Positions 1 through 9,899 of a DNA stretch of 64,000 nucleotides are shown piece after piece. The position numbers and the translations under genes are program-made. Source of the stretch: Thermoanaerobaculia bacterium (GTDB lineage Bacteria; Acidobacteriota; Thermoanaerobaculia; UBA5066); NCBI GenBank assembly GCA_963719225.1, contig CAVRAY010000001.1, positions 3,008,001 to 3,072,000 on the forward strand, written 5' to 3'. The notes under the pieces were generated by a model. The model was not told the DNA's origin and ran no database searches. It saw only the letters and a list, made by a program, of their open reading frames with translations. The stretch's first letter is position 1; the number at the start of each line of letters is the position of its first letter.

Positions 1-2
1 GC

Positions 3-278
3 GTCACGGAACGGCGCGTGCGCGCGAACGTGGACGTGGACGAGGCGCTGCTCCAGCGGATCGCGACCGCGACGGGGGGCCGCTTTTTCCGCGCGACGGA
101 CGCGCAAGGCCTCGCCGACACGTTCTCGACGATCGACAAGCTCGAAAAGAGCGAGATCAAGACGACGAAATACACGCGTTTTCGCGAGGTCTTTCCGATC
201 GCCGCCAAGCCCGCGGCCGCGTGTCTCGCGCTTGCCGGATTCGCCACCCTCTTCCTCTTCCCGGTGACGCCGCGATGA
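3..278 (+). CDS. batA: VWA-domain protein BatA, C-terminal fragment (truncated by window start)
   Basis: DEALLQRIATATGGRFFRATD..L..I..LEKS is the typical BatA C-terminus; it lies upstream of BatB/BatD-like genes and the frame is open to the window edge. Confidence 0.75.
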   Translation, partial: VTERRVRANVDVDEALLQRIATATGGRFFRATDAQGLADTFSTIDKLEKSEIKTTKYTRFREVFPIAAKPAAACLALAGFATLFLFPVTPR

Positions 279-2245
279 GCGACGTGGCGAAGGTCTTCGG
301 CGAGCCTGCGATGCTCCTTCCCGGGCTCCTCCTCGCGGCCCTGGCGGCCGGCGCGCTCGTCTTCTCCGTCCGGCGGCGCGCCGCACGGACCGCGACGCTC
401 GTCTCGCCCGCGCTCGCGGCGAAGGCGGGTCTCGCTCCCGCAGGCGGCTTTCCCGCCGTCGCCGCCGTGCTCACGCTCCTCGTCGTCCTCGGCGTCGGTG
501 CCGCGCTCGCGCGGCCGCGCTGGGGGAAGTCGGCCGAGACCGCGCAGAGGCGGGGAGCCGACGTCGTCTTCGTCCTCGACACGTCCGCCTCCATGCGCGC
601 GGCGGACGTCTCGCCGTCGCGCTTCGTACTCGCGCGGCAGGCCGCGCAGTCTCTCCTGTCCCGCCTCGGCAGCGACCGCGCCGCGTTGATCGCGTGCGAA
701 GGAGAGGCGCAGGCGCTCGTGCCGCTGACTCTCGATGCGGCGGCCGTCGGTCTCTTCCTCGACGCGATGGAGCCCGGCATGGGCGCCAAGCCCGGCACCT
801 CGCTTGCCTCGGGCCTCGCCGCGGCCGCTGAAATGTTCCCCGCCGGGTCGGCGGGCGGCCGGAACGCCGTCGTCTTCTCGGACGGCGAGGATCTCGAAGG
901 CGGCGTCGACGCCGCGATCGCACGCGCGAAAGCCGAAGGCATCACCGTACACGCCGTTTTCGTCGGGGCGCTCGGCGGAACGGGCGCTCCGGTGCCCGAG
1001 GTGGACGCTGCCGGGCGCACGAGCGGCTTCAAGAGCGACGCGAGCGGGCAGCCTGTGCTCTCGAAGGCCGATCCCGACCTCCTTCGCCGCCTCGCGGCCG
1101 AAACCGGAGGCTCGTTCACGGTCGTCTCGTCCGGCCGCACGGACCTCGAAGGTGTCGCCCGACAGATCGATCTCGGCGCGCGCCGCCCGCTCTCCGAGGT
1201 ACTCGTCACGTCTCTCGTAGAGCGCTTCCAGATTCCGCTCGGCGCCGCGGTCGGGGCGCTCGGACTTCTCTTGCTCGGAGTCGGACGGGGGCGAAGCGCT
1301 TCGAGACGAGCAGGGGCATCGGGTTTTCTTCGGAATCTGCTTAGAAGGGGGAAGAGGGGGGCCGCGGAGCTCGGGGTGGCGGCTCTGCTGTTCCTCGCAA
1401 TCGTCCTGGGCGCGCGCGCCGAGGGGCAGCAGCAGGCCCCGGCCGCACCCGCAGCGCAAACGAGCGCTCCGTCGGCGTCCTCGAACGGCGCCGCCGGGCC
1501 CGCTCCTTCCACGGCCTCTTCGAACCCCGCGACTGGCCCGACGCTTCGAGATGCCCAGCCGCTTCCCGACACTCCCTCTCAATTTCCCTTTCTAAGCAAA
1601 ATCTTCTCTTCCCCCCGTTCCGAAGCAAAAAAGGGCCGACAGGCGCTGGACGAGAAGAAGCCCGACGAAGCGATCGTGCATTTCCAGCGCGAGACCGAGA
1701 TGGCGCCGAAGGACCTGACCGGCAGCTACAACCTCGGCACGGCGCAATCGCGCGCGGGCAAGCCCTCCGCGGCGCTCTCGTCGCTCGAGAAGGCGCGGCG
1801 CCAAGGGCGCGGTGCCGTCGCGGCGGACGCGTCTTTCAACACGGGCCAGACTCTGTACCGCGAAAAGCAGTACGAGCCCGCCGCGGCGGCCTTTCGCGAG
1901 GCTTTGAAGCGCCGTCCGGGCGACGCGGACGCGGCCTGGAACTACGAGCTGTGCGTGCGCCGCGCCCAGGAGGAAAAGCAGAAGCAGAAAGAGCAGCAGA
2001 AGGACAAGAAGGATCCCAGGGACGACAAGGAAAAAGCCGGCGGAAAGGACGCGAAGGACAAGCAGCAGGCGGGAAGCGAGGCGCAGAAAAAGCAGCAGCA
2101 GGAGCAGGAGTTCGAGCAGAAGGCGAAGATGACGCGGGACAAGGCCGAGCAGCTTCTGTCCGCCATCGAGCGTTCCGATCTCGACGAGCAGAAGAAGAAG
2201 ATCGCCGAGCAGCGCAGCAAGCGGCGCGTCGCGAGGGACTGGTGA
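275..2245 (+). CDS. VWA + TPR protein (BatB/BatC-like fusion)
   Basis: ATGA overlap with upstream stop; RPRWG, VWA MIDAS-like DTSASM, SDGED, then TPRs (YNLGTA, FNTGQTLY, DAAWNYEL), Q/K-rich tail ending RDW. Confidence 0.85.
   Translation: MSDVAKVFGEPAMLLPGLLLAALAAGALVFSVRRRAARTATLVSPALAAKAGLAPAGGFPAVAAVLTLLVVLGVGAALARPRWGKSAETAQRRGADVVFVLDTSASMRAADVSPSRFVLARQAAQSLLSRLGSDRAALIACEGEAQALVPLTLDAAAVGLFLDAMEPGMGAKPGTSLASGLAAAAEMFPAGSAGGRNAVVFSDGEDLEGGVDAAIARAKAEGITVHAVFVGALGGTGAPVPEVDAAGRTSGFKSDASGQPVLSKADPDLLRRLAAETGGSFTVVSSGRTDLEGVARQIDLGARRPLSEVLVTSLVERFQIPLGAAVGALGLLLLGVGRGRSASRRAGASGFLRNLLRRGKRGAAELGVAALLFLAIVLGARAEGQQQAPAAPAAQTSAPSASSNGAAGPAPSTASSNPATGPTLRDAQPLPDTPSQFPFLSKIFSSPRSEAKKGRQALDEKKPDEAIVHFQRETEMAPKDLTGSYNLGTAQSRAGKPSAALSSLEKARRQGRGAVAADASFNTGQTLYREKQYEPAAAAFREALKRRPGDADAAWNYELCVRRAQEEKQKQKEQQKDKKDPRDDKEKAGGKDAKDKQQAGSEAQKKQQQEQEFEQKAKMTRDKAEQLLSAIERSDLDEQKKKIAEQRSKRRVARDW
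1333..1612. repeat. Dispersed TTCTWAGAA element, inverted pair inside batB/C
   Basis: TGCTTAGAA core 1338-1346 and TTCTAAGCA core 1590-1598. Confidence 0.7.
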
Positions 2246-4050
2246 AGAGAGCTGCCCGTCTCGCCGTGGTCGTTGCCGCGGCCGCGCTCGGCGCGCGCGT
2301 CGCCCGCTCCGCGGACGAGCTTTCCGTGCAGGTTCTCGTGGACAAGGCGCGGCCCGCCGCGGACGACGTCGTGCGGGTGACGTACACGTTCTCGGGATCG
2401 GGTCTCGGCGGCACGCTTCGGCTCCCCGCGAGCCTGCCTCTGAAGAACCTCGTGCTCGCGGGAGGTCCGTCGAAGTCGGATCAGGTTTCTTTCGTGAACG
2501 GCGTCTTCAGCCGCTCGCTTTCGCTGACCTACTTTCTGCGGCCCCAGGGTCCGGGTCCGGCCGAGATCGGCGAAGTTTCGTTCGGATTCGACGAGAAGAC
2601 CGTGAAAGCCTCGAGCTACCTGCTCGAGGTCGGGCCGGCGCGCGGCCGGAGCGGCGCCGCGCCGGAGCCCGAAGACGACGACCCGATTGCGCAGTTCTTC
2701 CGGCGGCGCGACGTTTCCGCGCGTCCCGCCGCCGCGGGCGCCCCCCACGCGCGGCCGTTCCTGGAGTTTCGCGTCACGCCGGACAAGACGACGGCGTACG
2801 TGGGCGAGGAGATCACGCTGCACTACGAGCTGCTCACCCAGGCGGACGTGCAGGGGCTCGAGTACCTCGAGCCGCCGCGCTTCCCCGGCTGCTGGGCCGA
2901 GGACCTCGAGAAGCCGGAGAAGCCCGTGGGTCACCGCGACGTCGTCGACGGCCGCACGGTGATGCGCTTCACGCTGCTCAAAAAGCTCGTGTCGGGCCTG
3001 AACCCCGGCACGGTGAACATCCCCGAGGCGAAGATCCGCACGAGCGTCCGCGGCTCCGCGGATCCCTTCGGCGACCCCTTCGGGTTCTTCCCGCGTTCGC
3101 AGGTCATGGACCTCGTCGCCCGGCCGGTCAGCCTCCGGATCCTTCCGATCCCGGGAGACCCCGCGTTCCATGGACCGGTCGGCCGCTTCGACCTGAGCGC
3201 GAAGCTGGATCGGACGAAGGTCGCTCCCGGCGAAGCCGCCACGCTGCGCATCCGGCTCGCGGGGACCGGCAACCTGCGCACCGCGACCGAGTCGCCCAAG
3301 CTCGAAGTCCCGAACGCCACGCTGTATCCGCCGAGCATGAAGTCCGACTCCTCGCGCGCCGGCCGTACGCAGGTCTCGACGGAATGGAGCTATGTCCTCG
3401 TGCCGAAGGAAAACGGCACCGTCACGATCCCGCCGGTTTCGCTCGCCGTCTTCGACCCCTCCGAGAAGCGCATCGTCACGAAGACGACACAGCCGCTCAC
3501 GCTCGTCGCCGAGGGCGGCGCCGCCCCGGGCGCGGCCGCCGGGCTCACCACCGCCGAAACGACGATGCCTCTCCTGCCGCCTCCCGGACCGTCTCCCGCT
3601 CCGCGAAACGCGAAGTCCGGTCTCGACGCGAGCGTCGACTTCTCCCGGAACACCGTCACGCTCCCGCTCTGGGCCCTGGCCGCGGTGCCGGGGGCGGCTC
3701 TCCTCGGGTTCGGCGCGGTCGTCGCCGTAAGACGGCGCCGGTCCCTCGGCGTCTGGCGCGAGGTCCTCGAGCCGGAGCCGGGAGAGACGAAAGAGCGCGC
3801 GGCCGCGCGCGTCGAGCGTGCGCTCCGCGAGCTTCTCGCGCGCCGGTACCTCGTGCCCGACGGCGCGTCCACGTCCAGCGTCCTCACCGCTCTCGCCCAG
3901 GGCGGCGTTTCCGCCAGGCGGATCGAGGACGTCCGGACGCTGCTCTCCGACGTGGAGTTCCTCCGCACGGCCCCCCAGCTCGGCGACTACGGCACGAAGA
4001 TCGCCACCCTGCGCGCGCACGCCGCCCGCATCCTGCCCCGCCTCGCCTGA
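2242..4050 (+). CDS. batD: BatD family protein
   Basis: GTGA overlap start; signal peptide; repeated Ig-like BatD domains (TAYVGEEI, GPVGRFDL, GTGNL); C-terminal TM segment. Confidence 0.8.
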   Translation: MKRAARLAVVVAAAALGARVARSADELSVQVLVDKARPAADDVVRVTYTFSGSGLGGTLRLPASLPLKNLVLAGGPSKSDQVSFVNGVFSRSLSLTYFLRPQGPGPAEIGEVSFGFDEKTVKASSYLLEVGPARGRSGAAPEPEDDDPIAQFFRRRDVSARPAAAGAPHARPFLEFRVTPDKTTAYVGEEITLHYELLTQADVQGLEYLEPPRFPGCWAEDLEKPEKPVGHRDVVDGRTVMRFTLLKKLVSGLNPGTVNIPEAKIRTSVRGSADPFGDPFGFFPRSQVMDLVARPVSLRILPIPGDPAFHGPVGRFDLSAKLDRTKVAPGEAATLRIRLAGTGNLRTATESPKLEVPNATLYPPSMKSDSSRAGRTQVSTEWSYVLVPKENGTVTIPPVSLAVFDPSEKRIVTKTTQPLTLVAEGGAAPGAAAGLTTAETTMPLLPPPGPSPAPRNAKSGLDASVDFSRNTVTLPLWALAAVPGAALLGFGAVVAVRRRRSLGVWREVLEPEPGETKERAAARVERALRELLARRYLVPDGASTSSVLTALAQGGVSARRIEDVRTLLSDVEFLRTAPQLGDYGTKIATLRAHAARILPRLA

Positions 4051-4099
4051 GGCGCGCTCCGGGGGTTTCCAACGCCGAAGCGTAAAATGGCGTCTCACC

Positions 4100-5257
4100 G
4101 TGAACACAAGAGTCGCCCGGGTCATCCCGGCCAAGCAGCTCATTCGCTACATGGAGCGGCACCGCCTGCTCGATGAGACGAGCGGGACGCCACCCGATCG
4201 TTTCCTCATCACGCTCGTGAACCGCGCGATGGAGTTCGTGCCCGCGCAGGCGGGGGCCCTCCTCCTCGACGATCCCGTGTCGAAAGAGGACGACCGCTCG
4301 CGAAACGAGCTCGCGATCATCGTGACGGCGGGCGACGTGAAGGAGAGCGCCGTCGGCCGCAAGGTGCGTCCCGTGGACGGCATCGCCGGCTTCGTGTACG
4401 CCCGAGGCGAGCGCACGTGCGTGAACGAGGTGGGAGGTGCTCACGCGTTCTCGCGCGAGATCGACGCGCTTCTCCAGATCCCCATCACGAACGTCCTCGC
4501 CGTGCCCGTCGTGATCGAGAACCACGTGTGCGGCTCGCTCATCCTCATCAACCGCCAGGGCGAACCTGCTTTCACGCCCCGCGACGAGCGCCTCATGGAG
4601 CTGTTCGGCGACACGCTTTCCCTCGCGCTCCAGAACCTCCTCGACGAGCGGCGCGCGCGCGAGGTCGCCCGGCGCGACTCGCTGACGTCCCTCTACAACG
4701 ACCGGTACTTCCACCGGAAGCTCCAGCGGGAGATCGACCGGCTCGGGGAGTCGAAGGACGGGGAGCTCGCGCTTCTCTTCCTCGACTGCGACCACCTCAA
4801 GAAAGTGAACGACGAGCACGGCCACCTCGCCGGAAGCCAGGTGCTCCGCGAGGTGTCCTTCATCCTCCAGAGGACGCTCGCCGACACGGTCTCCCTCGCG
4901 TGCCGCTACGGCGGCGACGAGTTCACGGTGATCCTGCTCGACGCGGACCTCAACGCCGCCGTCGCGATCGCCGAGAAAATCCGAAAGGCGATCGACGACT
5001 GGACGTTCCTTCCGATGTCCATCGGCCCCGGGGAGCCGGCCTTGAACCTCAAGAACGTCGTCACGATGTCCGTGGGCGTGGCCACGTATCGCGCCCACGT
5101 GGACACGTCGCTCCCCGTCGCCGAGCAGAAGAACGAGATCCTCAAGAAGGCGGATTCCGCCCTCTACGCCGCAAAGACCAAGGGAAAGAACTGCGTCGTG
5201 GCCGCCGAGGTCGCTTCCGCGCGGGGAGGCGGTTCGACGGTCATCCTGAAGAGCTGA
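4100..5257 (+). CDS. GAF-domain diguanylate cyclase
   Basis: GAF domain followed by DSLTSLYN, KVNDEHGHLAG and an intact RYGGDEF motif; start inferred at GTG 4100. Confidence 0.9.
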   Translation: MNTRVARVIPAKQLIRYMERHRLLDETSGTPPDRFLITLVNRAMEFVPAQAGALLLDDPVSKEDDRSRNELAIIVTAGDVKESAVGRKVRPVDGIAGFVYARGERTCVNEVGGAHAFSREIDALLQIPITNVLAVPVVIENHVCGSLILINRQGEPAFTPRDERLMELFGDTLSLALQNLLDERRAREVARRDSLTSLYNDRYFHRKLQREIDRLGESKDGELALLFLDCDHLKKVNDEHGHLAGSQVLREVSFILQRTLADTVSLACRYGGDEFTVILLDADLNAAVAIAEKIRKAIDDWTFLPMSIGPGEPALNLKNVVTMSVGVATYRAHVDTSLPVAEQKNEILKKADSALYAAKTKGKNCVVAAEVASARGGGSTVILKS

Positions 5258-5325
5258 CGCTTTCTCAAAGGTCCGTTCCTTTCAATGCTTTACGCCGCAT
5301 CTGCGGAAGAGTTATCATGCCTTCC

Positions 5326-6684
5326 ATGACCGTGCCTTCCTCGTCCTTGAGGCCCTCCGTGCCGGCGAAAAACGTCCTGGATTCGCTCTCGAAGCACATC
5401 CTCGTCGACGGCTATCACGTGGTCATGGACCTCAAGGCCTCGCGAGGCAACTTCCTCCGCGACTCCCTCCACGACGTCGAGATCCTGGACTTCTTCTCGC
5501 ATTTCGCGACCTGCCCGATCGGCTACGCACACCCCAAGCTGACGACGCCGGAATTCCTCGAGGAGCTCGCCTGGACCGCCGTCACGAAGCCGGCGAACAG
5601 CGACATCTACACTGAGCAGCTGGCGTCCTTCGTCGAGACGTTCGCGCGGCTCGGCGTCCCCGAGACTCACGGGAAGCACATGTTCTTCGTCGAGGGCGGA
5701 TCCCTCGCGATCGAGAACGCCCTGAAGGCCGCTTTCGACTGGAAGGTCCGCCGGAACTTCCGCAAGGGGCATCGGCGTGAGGTGGGAACGAAAATCCTGC
5801 ACCTCGAGCAGGCTTTCCACGGGCGCAGCGGCTACACGCTCTCCCTCACGAACACGAGCGATCCGCGGAAGACGATGTACTTCCCGAAATTCGACTGGCC
5901 GCGCGTCGTGAACCCGAAGCTCACGTTCCCCGTCACTCCCGAGAGCCTCACGTCGACGATCGCCCTCGAGGACCTTTCGATCGCCCAGACCGAACGGGCG
6001 ATTCACGAGAGCGGCGACGACATCGCCGCGTTCATCCTCGAGCCGATCCAGGGGGAAGGCGGAGACAACCATTTTCGTCCCGAGTTCCTCGCCCGCGTGC
6101 GTTCGGTCTGCGACGAGCACGACATGCTCCTCATCCTCGACGAGGTGCAGACCGGCATGGGTCTGACGGGAACGATGTGGGCGTTCCAGGGACTCGGCGT
6201 CATGCCGGATCTCTTCTCGTTCGGCAAGAAGACCCAGGTCTGCGGCTTCGCGTCGAACGATCGGATTCTCGAGGAGAAGGACAACGTCTTCACGGTGTCC
6301 TCGCGCATCAACTCCACGTGGGGCGGGAACCTCGTCGACATGGTGCGCTGCCGGAAGTTCCTCGAGATCATGACCGAGGAGAGGCTCGTCGAGAACGCGA
6401 GAACGACGGGCGAGTTCCTGCTCGGCAAGCTGTGCGAGCTTGCGTCGGAATTCCCGGGCAAGATGACGAACGTGAGAGGGCGCGGCCTCTTCATCGCCTT
6501 CGACCTTCCGGACCCGAATGCGCGGGCCGGAGTCCTCTCCTGCTGGCTCCAGAAGCACAACGTGATGGCGCTGGCCTCGGGCGAGCGCGCGATCCGGCTG
6601 CGTCCGCCTCTCACCCTCACGCGCGACGAAGCGGCGCTCGGCGTCCAGCGGCTCCGGGCGGCGCTGACCGAGATTCTCGGCTGA
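5326..6684 (+). CDS. lat: L-lysine 6-transaminase (class III PLP aminotransferase)
   Basis: KPANSDIY, ALKAAFDWK, AFHGRSGY, EPIQGEGGDNHF, DEVQTG, FGKKTQV, SRINSTWGG motifs. Confidence 0.85.
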   Translation: MTVPSSSLRPSVPAKNVLDSLSKHILVDGYHVVMDLKASRGNFLRDSLHDVEILDFFSHFATCPIGYAHPKLTTPEFLEELAWTAVTKPANSDIYTEQLASFVETFARLGVPETHGKHMFFVEGGSLAIENALKAAFDWKVRRNFRKGHRREVGTKILHLEQAFHGRSGYTLSLTNTSDPRKTMYFPKFDWPRVVNPKLTFPVTPESLTSTIALEDLSIAQTERAIHESGDDIAAFILEPIQGEGGDNHFRPEFLARVRSVCDEHDMLLILDEVQTGMGLTGTMWAFQGLGVMPDLFSFGKKTQVCGFASNDRILEEKDNVFTVSSRINSTWGGNLVDMVRCRKFLEIMTEERLVENARTTGEFLLGKLCELASEFPGKMTNVRGRGLFIAFDLPDPNARAGVLSCWLQKHNVMALASGERAIRLRPPLTLTRDEAALGVQRLRAALTEILG

Positions 6685-6728
6685 AGACCCGCCCGATGCC
6701 GGTCGCGCCTGTGCAGCGGCAAGGGCGC

Positions 6729-6880
6729 TTTTCTTAGAATGAAAGATGGGCTCACGGCGCAACGAGACGCCGAAGCATCGCCTGCGGACTCCGGCGCCCA
6801 TTCCGCGACGTCGCGCTTCTTTCGGCGCATCGGCCGCCCTAATCACCTTCTAAGAAATCTCTCTCTTCTTCTCTTTCTCT
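6729..6880. repeat. Dispersed element, inverted pair at the mtgA 5' end
   Basis: TTCTTAGAA 6731-6739; TTCTAAGAA 6848-6856 followed by ATCTCTCTCTTCTTCTCTTTCTCT. Confidence 0.8.
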
Positions 6881-7551
6881 TTGCTTTCCTCGTCTTCATC
6901 CCTCTTCCGCAAATCCTCCTCCTCCGCTGGCGTGACCCGTCGACGACCGCGTTCATCCGCGCGCGGCAGGAGCGCCTCCGCGCGCAGGGGAAGAGAGACG
7001 CGATCGACCGGCGCCCCGTGCGTCTCGGGCAGGTCGCGCCCGTCCTCGTGCAGGCCGTTCTCGCGGCGGAAGATTCACGTTTCTTCGACCATCACGGCAT
7101 CGATTGGGAGGCCGTCTCTTCGGCGCGCGAGTGGAACCGGACGCACGCCCGGAGCCGAAGACCGCGCCTTCGCGGCGCGTCGACGCTCACGCAGCAGCTC
7201 GCGAAGAACTTGTGGCTCACGGGCGAACGGAGCTGGTGGCGGAAAGGCCGGGAAGCGGTCCTCGCATCCGCCCTCGACCTCCTCGTGCCGAAGAGGCGGA
7301 TTCTCGAGATCTACCTGTCGGCGATCGAGTTCGGCGAGACGACCTATGGCTGCGAAGCCGCGTCACGCGCGCTCTTCGGCGTGAGCGCGAGCCGCCTGTC
7401 GGCCCCGCAGGCGGCTCGTCTCGCCGCCCTGATTCCGGGTCCGGTGTGGTATCGCGCGCACCCGGCGGCATGGGAGCGACGCGCCGAGCTGGTCGCGCGA
7501 CACATGGAGAGCCAGCCGCTGCCCGCCGGTCTGACGAGACGCGCGCGCTAG
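6739..7551 (+). CDS. mtgA: Monofunctional peptidoglycan transglycosylase
   Basis: AAEDSRFFDHHGID, GASTLTQQLAKNL, RKGRE, ILEIYL GT51 motifs; N-terminal TM; start uncertain. Confidence 0.85.
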   Translation: MKDGLTAQRDAEASPADSGAHSATSRFFRRIGRPNHLLRNLSLLLFLFAFLVFIPLPQILLLRWRDPSTTAFIRARQERLRAQGKRDAIDRRPVRLGQVAPVLVQAVLAAEDSRFFDHHGIDWEAVSSAREWNRTHARSRRPRLRGASTLTQQLAKNLWLTGERSWWRKGREAVLASALDLLVPKRRILEIYLSAIEFGETTYGCEAASRALFGVSASRLSAPQAARLAALIPGPVWYRAHPAAWERRAELVARHMESQPLPAGLTRRAR

Positions 7552-7563
7552 AATCCGGCCGCG

Positions 7564-8406
7564 ATGACAAAAAGCTCCACGCGCCTGGCCGGGAAAGCCC
7601 TCGCTCTCTCTTTGATCGTCCTGACCGCTGCGGCGTGCCGCCCCAAGCCCTCCAGACTCGTCATGACGCCCACCAAGGTGACCCTCTACGGACCCGGTCA
7701 CACCCAGTCGCTCAAGTACGAGATCACCGACAAGAAGGGCAATCCGCTGCCGGGTCTGATCGCGGTCTGGGCCGTCGACAAGCCCAAAGTCGCGTCGATC
7801 GACACGAACGGACTCGTCCGGTCTCTCGCGCCGGGGCGCGCGATCGTGACCGCGACGTTTCAAACGCTCACCGCGACCGCCGTCGTGGAGGTCATGGACG
7901 TCTCGACGCTCACCGTCACCCCGAACCGCATGACTCTCGTGGGGCCGGCAGGCACGAAGATGCAGCTTCTCGCCGAGATCAAGGACGGGAAGGGAAACGT
8001 CTCGCCTCTGAAGCCGAAATGGGTCTCGGGAGACCCGAAGATCGCGACCGTCGACGGAGAAGGCGTCGTGACGTCGGCGTCGGAGGGCCGCACGAACATC
8101 ATCGCGAGCCTCGGCAACGATGTGAGCTCCGCGTGCGACGTGAAGGTCCTCCATCGGGCGATCGCCACGTTCGAGTTGTCTCCGGTCACGTTGATCCTGA
8201 AAACGGGTGAGACGCAGAGGATCACGGCGACGATCCGGGACTCCACGGGCCTCCTCATCGAGGACGCCGCGCTGGCCTGGACGTCTTCCGACACGAGGAC
8301 CGCGACGGTCTCGAACGGCGCTGTCACGGGCGTGGGACGTGGAACGGCTCGCATTTCCGTCGCGACGTCCGCCCAGACGCTGGCGGCGGATGTCCTGGTG
8401 AACTGA
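7564..8406 (+). CDS. Lipoprotein with three Ig-like (Big_2) repeats
   Basis: Lipobox-like LTAAAC; three W.S.D..VA.V...G.V...A.G...I repeats. Confidence 0.75.
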   Translation: MTKSSTRLAGKALALSLIVLTAAACRPKPSRLVMTPTKVTLYGPGHTQSLKYEITDKKGNPLPGLIAVWAVDKPKVASIDTNGLVRSLAPGRAIVTATFQTLTATAVVEVMDVSTLTVTPNRMTLVGPAGTKMQLLAEIKDGKGNVSPLKPKWVSGDPKIATVDGEGVVTSASEGRTNIIASLGNDVSSACDVKVLHRAIATFELSPVTLILKTGETQRITATIRDSTGLLIEDAALAWTSSDTRTATVSNGAVTGVGRGTARISVATSAQTLAADVLVN

Positions 8407-8413
8407 GGCCGCC

Positions 8414-9895
8414 CTGCGTATCACGCACCTCGCGGCGGAATGCGTCCCCTTCGCGAAGACGGGGGGACTCGGAGACGTCGTCGGCTCGCTTCCGAAGGCG
8501 CTCGCGGCGCGCGGAAACGACGTGGACGTGTTCATGCCGTTCCACCTCGAGGCGGCGCGCTGGTACCGGCGCCGCAACACCTGGCCCGAGGCAGCTCTCC
8601 CTCCTTACGAGGTTTCGATCTTCGGGCGCCCGCACACGGTTGGCCTTCTCTGGGACCTCCTGCCCGGCAGCGTCGTTCCGATCTATTTCGTCGCGCACGA
8701 TCCCCTTTTCCATCGCCGCCAGATCTACGCGCCGAACGACCAGGGACGCGACGACGGGCTCTGGCGCTTCACGCTTTTCGTCCGCGCGGCGATCGAGGCC
8801 CTGAAAAGGCTCGACCGGCGGCCGCGGATCCTCCACGCGCACGACTGGCACCCCGCGCTCGCGCCGATGCTCGGCGCCTGGAGCAACTGGCGCGACCGCT
8901 GGTTCGACGATGTCGCGTCGGTCCTCACGATCCACAACCTCGGCTACCAGGGCGTGTACGGCCGGGAGGAGTTTCCGATCCTCGGATTGCCCGACTCCGC
9001 GTGGACGGGCGGCGCCGTCGCGCATCACGGCGATGTGAACCTCCTCAAGGGCGCCATCCTCGCCGCCGACATGATCACCGCCGTCTCCCCCACGTATGCG
9101 AACGAGATCAGAACGAGGGAGAAAGGAGTCGGCCTCGACGACGTGCTCAAGGCTCGCGGCGACCGCGTCGTCGGGATCCTGAACGGCGTCGACGCGTCCG
9201 TCTGGAGTCCCGCGCACGACCCCCATCTGCCCGCCCATTATGGACGCGAGGACCTGCGCGGAAAGGCCGAGTGCCGGGCCGAGCTGTGCCGGATCGCGGC
9301 TTTCGAGCCGGGCGATCCCGGAATGATCCTCGGCGCGATCGGACGCCTCACGGACCAGAAGGGTTTCGATCTCCTGCTCGAGGCCGCGCCCGAGCTCATC
9401 CGGCGCGGAATCCGTATCGCGATGCTGGGGTCCGGGGAGCCCGCGCTCGAAGGCGCGATGCGACTCCTCGAAGCGCATGCTCCCGGCCGCTTTCGCGCGT
9501 TCGTCGGCTACGACGAGCCGGTCGCGCACAAGATCGAGGCCGGGGCGGACGCGTTCGTCATGCCATCGCGGTTCGAGCCGTGCGGCCTCAGCCAGATGTA
9601 TTCGCTCGCCTACGGCACCCCGCCGATCGTACGCAGGACGGGAGGCCTGGCGGACTCGGTCACCGGCTTCGACGGCGGAAACCTCGCGCGGGCGACCGGC
9701 TTCTCGTTCGACGAGGCCACGCCGCACGCCCTCGCCGCGGCCGTCCTCTTCGCCCAGCGCGTGTTCTTCCATCGCGAGATGTGGCATCGCATCGTCATGA
9801 ACGGGATGACGCAGGACTTCTCCTGGGACCGCTCGGCCGGACAGTACGAAGCCGTCTACAGGCGCGCGTGCGAGGTCCGCGGCCTGCCCTGGTGA
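8414..9895 (+). CDS. glgA: Glycogen/starch synthase (probable CTG start)
   Basis: E..PFAKTGGLGDV, HAHDWH, TIHNLGYQG, GRLTDQKG, MPSRFEPCGLSQM; in-frame TGA at 8399-8401 and no ATG/GTG/TTG before KTGGL. Confidence 0.9.
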   Translation: MRITHLAAECVPFAKTGGLGDVVGSLPKALAARGNDVDVFMPFHLEAARWYRRRNTWPEAALPPYEVSIFGRPHTVGLLWDLLPGSVVPIYFVAHDPLFHRRQIYAPNDQGRDDGLWRFTLFVRAAIEALKRLDRRPRILHAHDWHPALAPMLGAWSNWRDRWFDDVASVLTIHNLGYQGVYGREEFPILGLPDSAWTGGAVAHHGDVNLLKGAILAADMITAVSPTYANEIRTREKGVGLDDVLKARGDRVVGILNGVDASVWSPAHDPHLPAHYGREDLRGKAECRAELCRIAAFEPGDPGMILGAIGRLTDQKGFDLLLEAAPELIRRGIRIAMLGSGEPALEGAMRLLEAHAPGRFRAFVGYDEPVAHKIEAGADAFVMPSRFEPCGLSQMYSLAYGTPPIVRRTGGLADSVTGFDGGNLARATGFSFDEATPHALAAAVLFAQRVFFHREMWHRIVMNGMTQDFSWDRSAGQYEAVYRRACEVRGLPW

Positions 9896-9899
9896 GGAA

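Noticed and set aside
1942-4143. Long antisense/alternate-frame ORFs (e.g. 1942-4143, 22137-24578, 31297-33180, 34122-37034, 56293-59037)
   Set aside because: Shadow ORFs expected in high-GC DNA; they overlap well-supported genes and have no recognisable motifs
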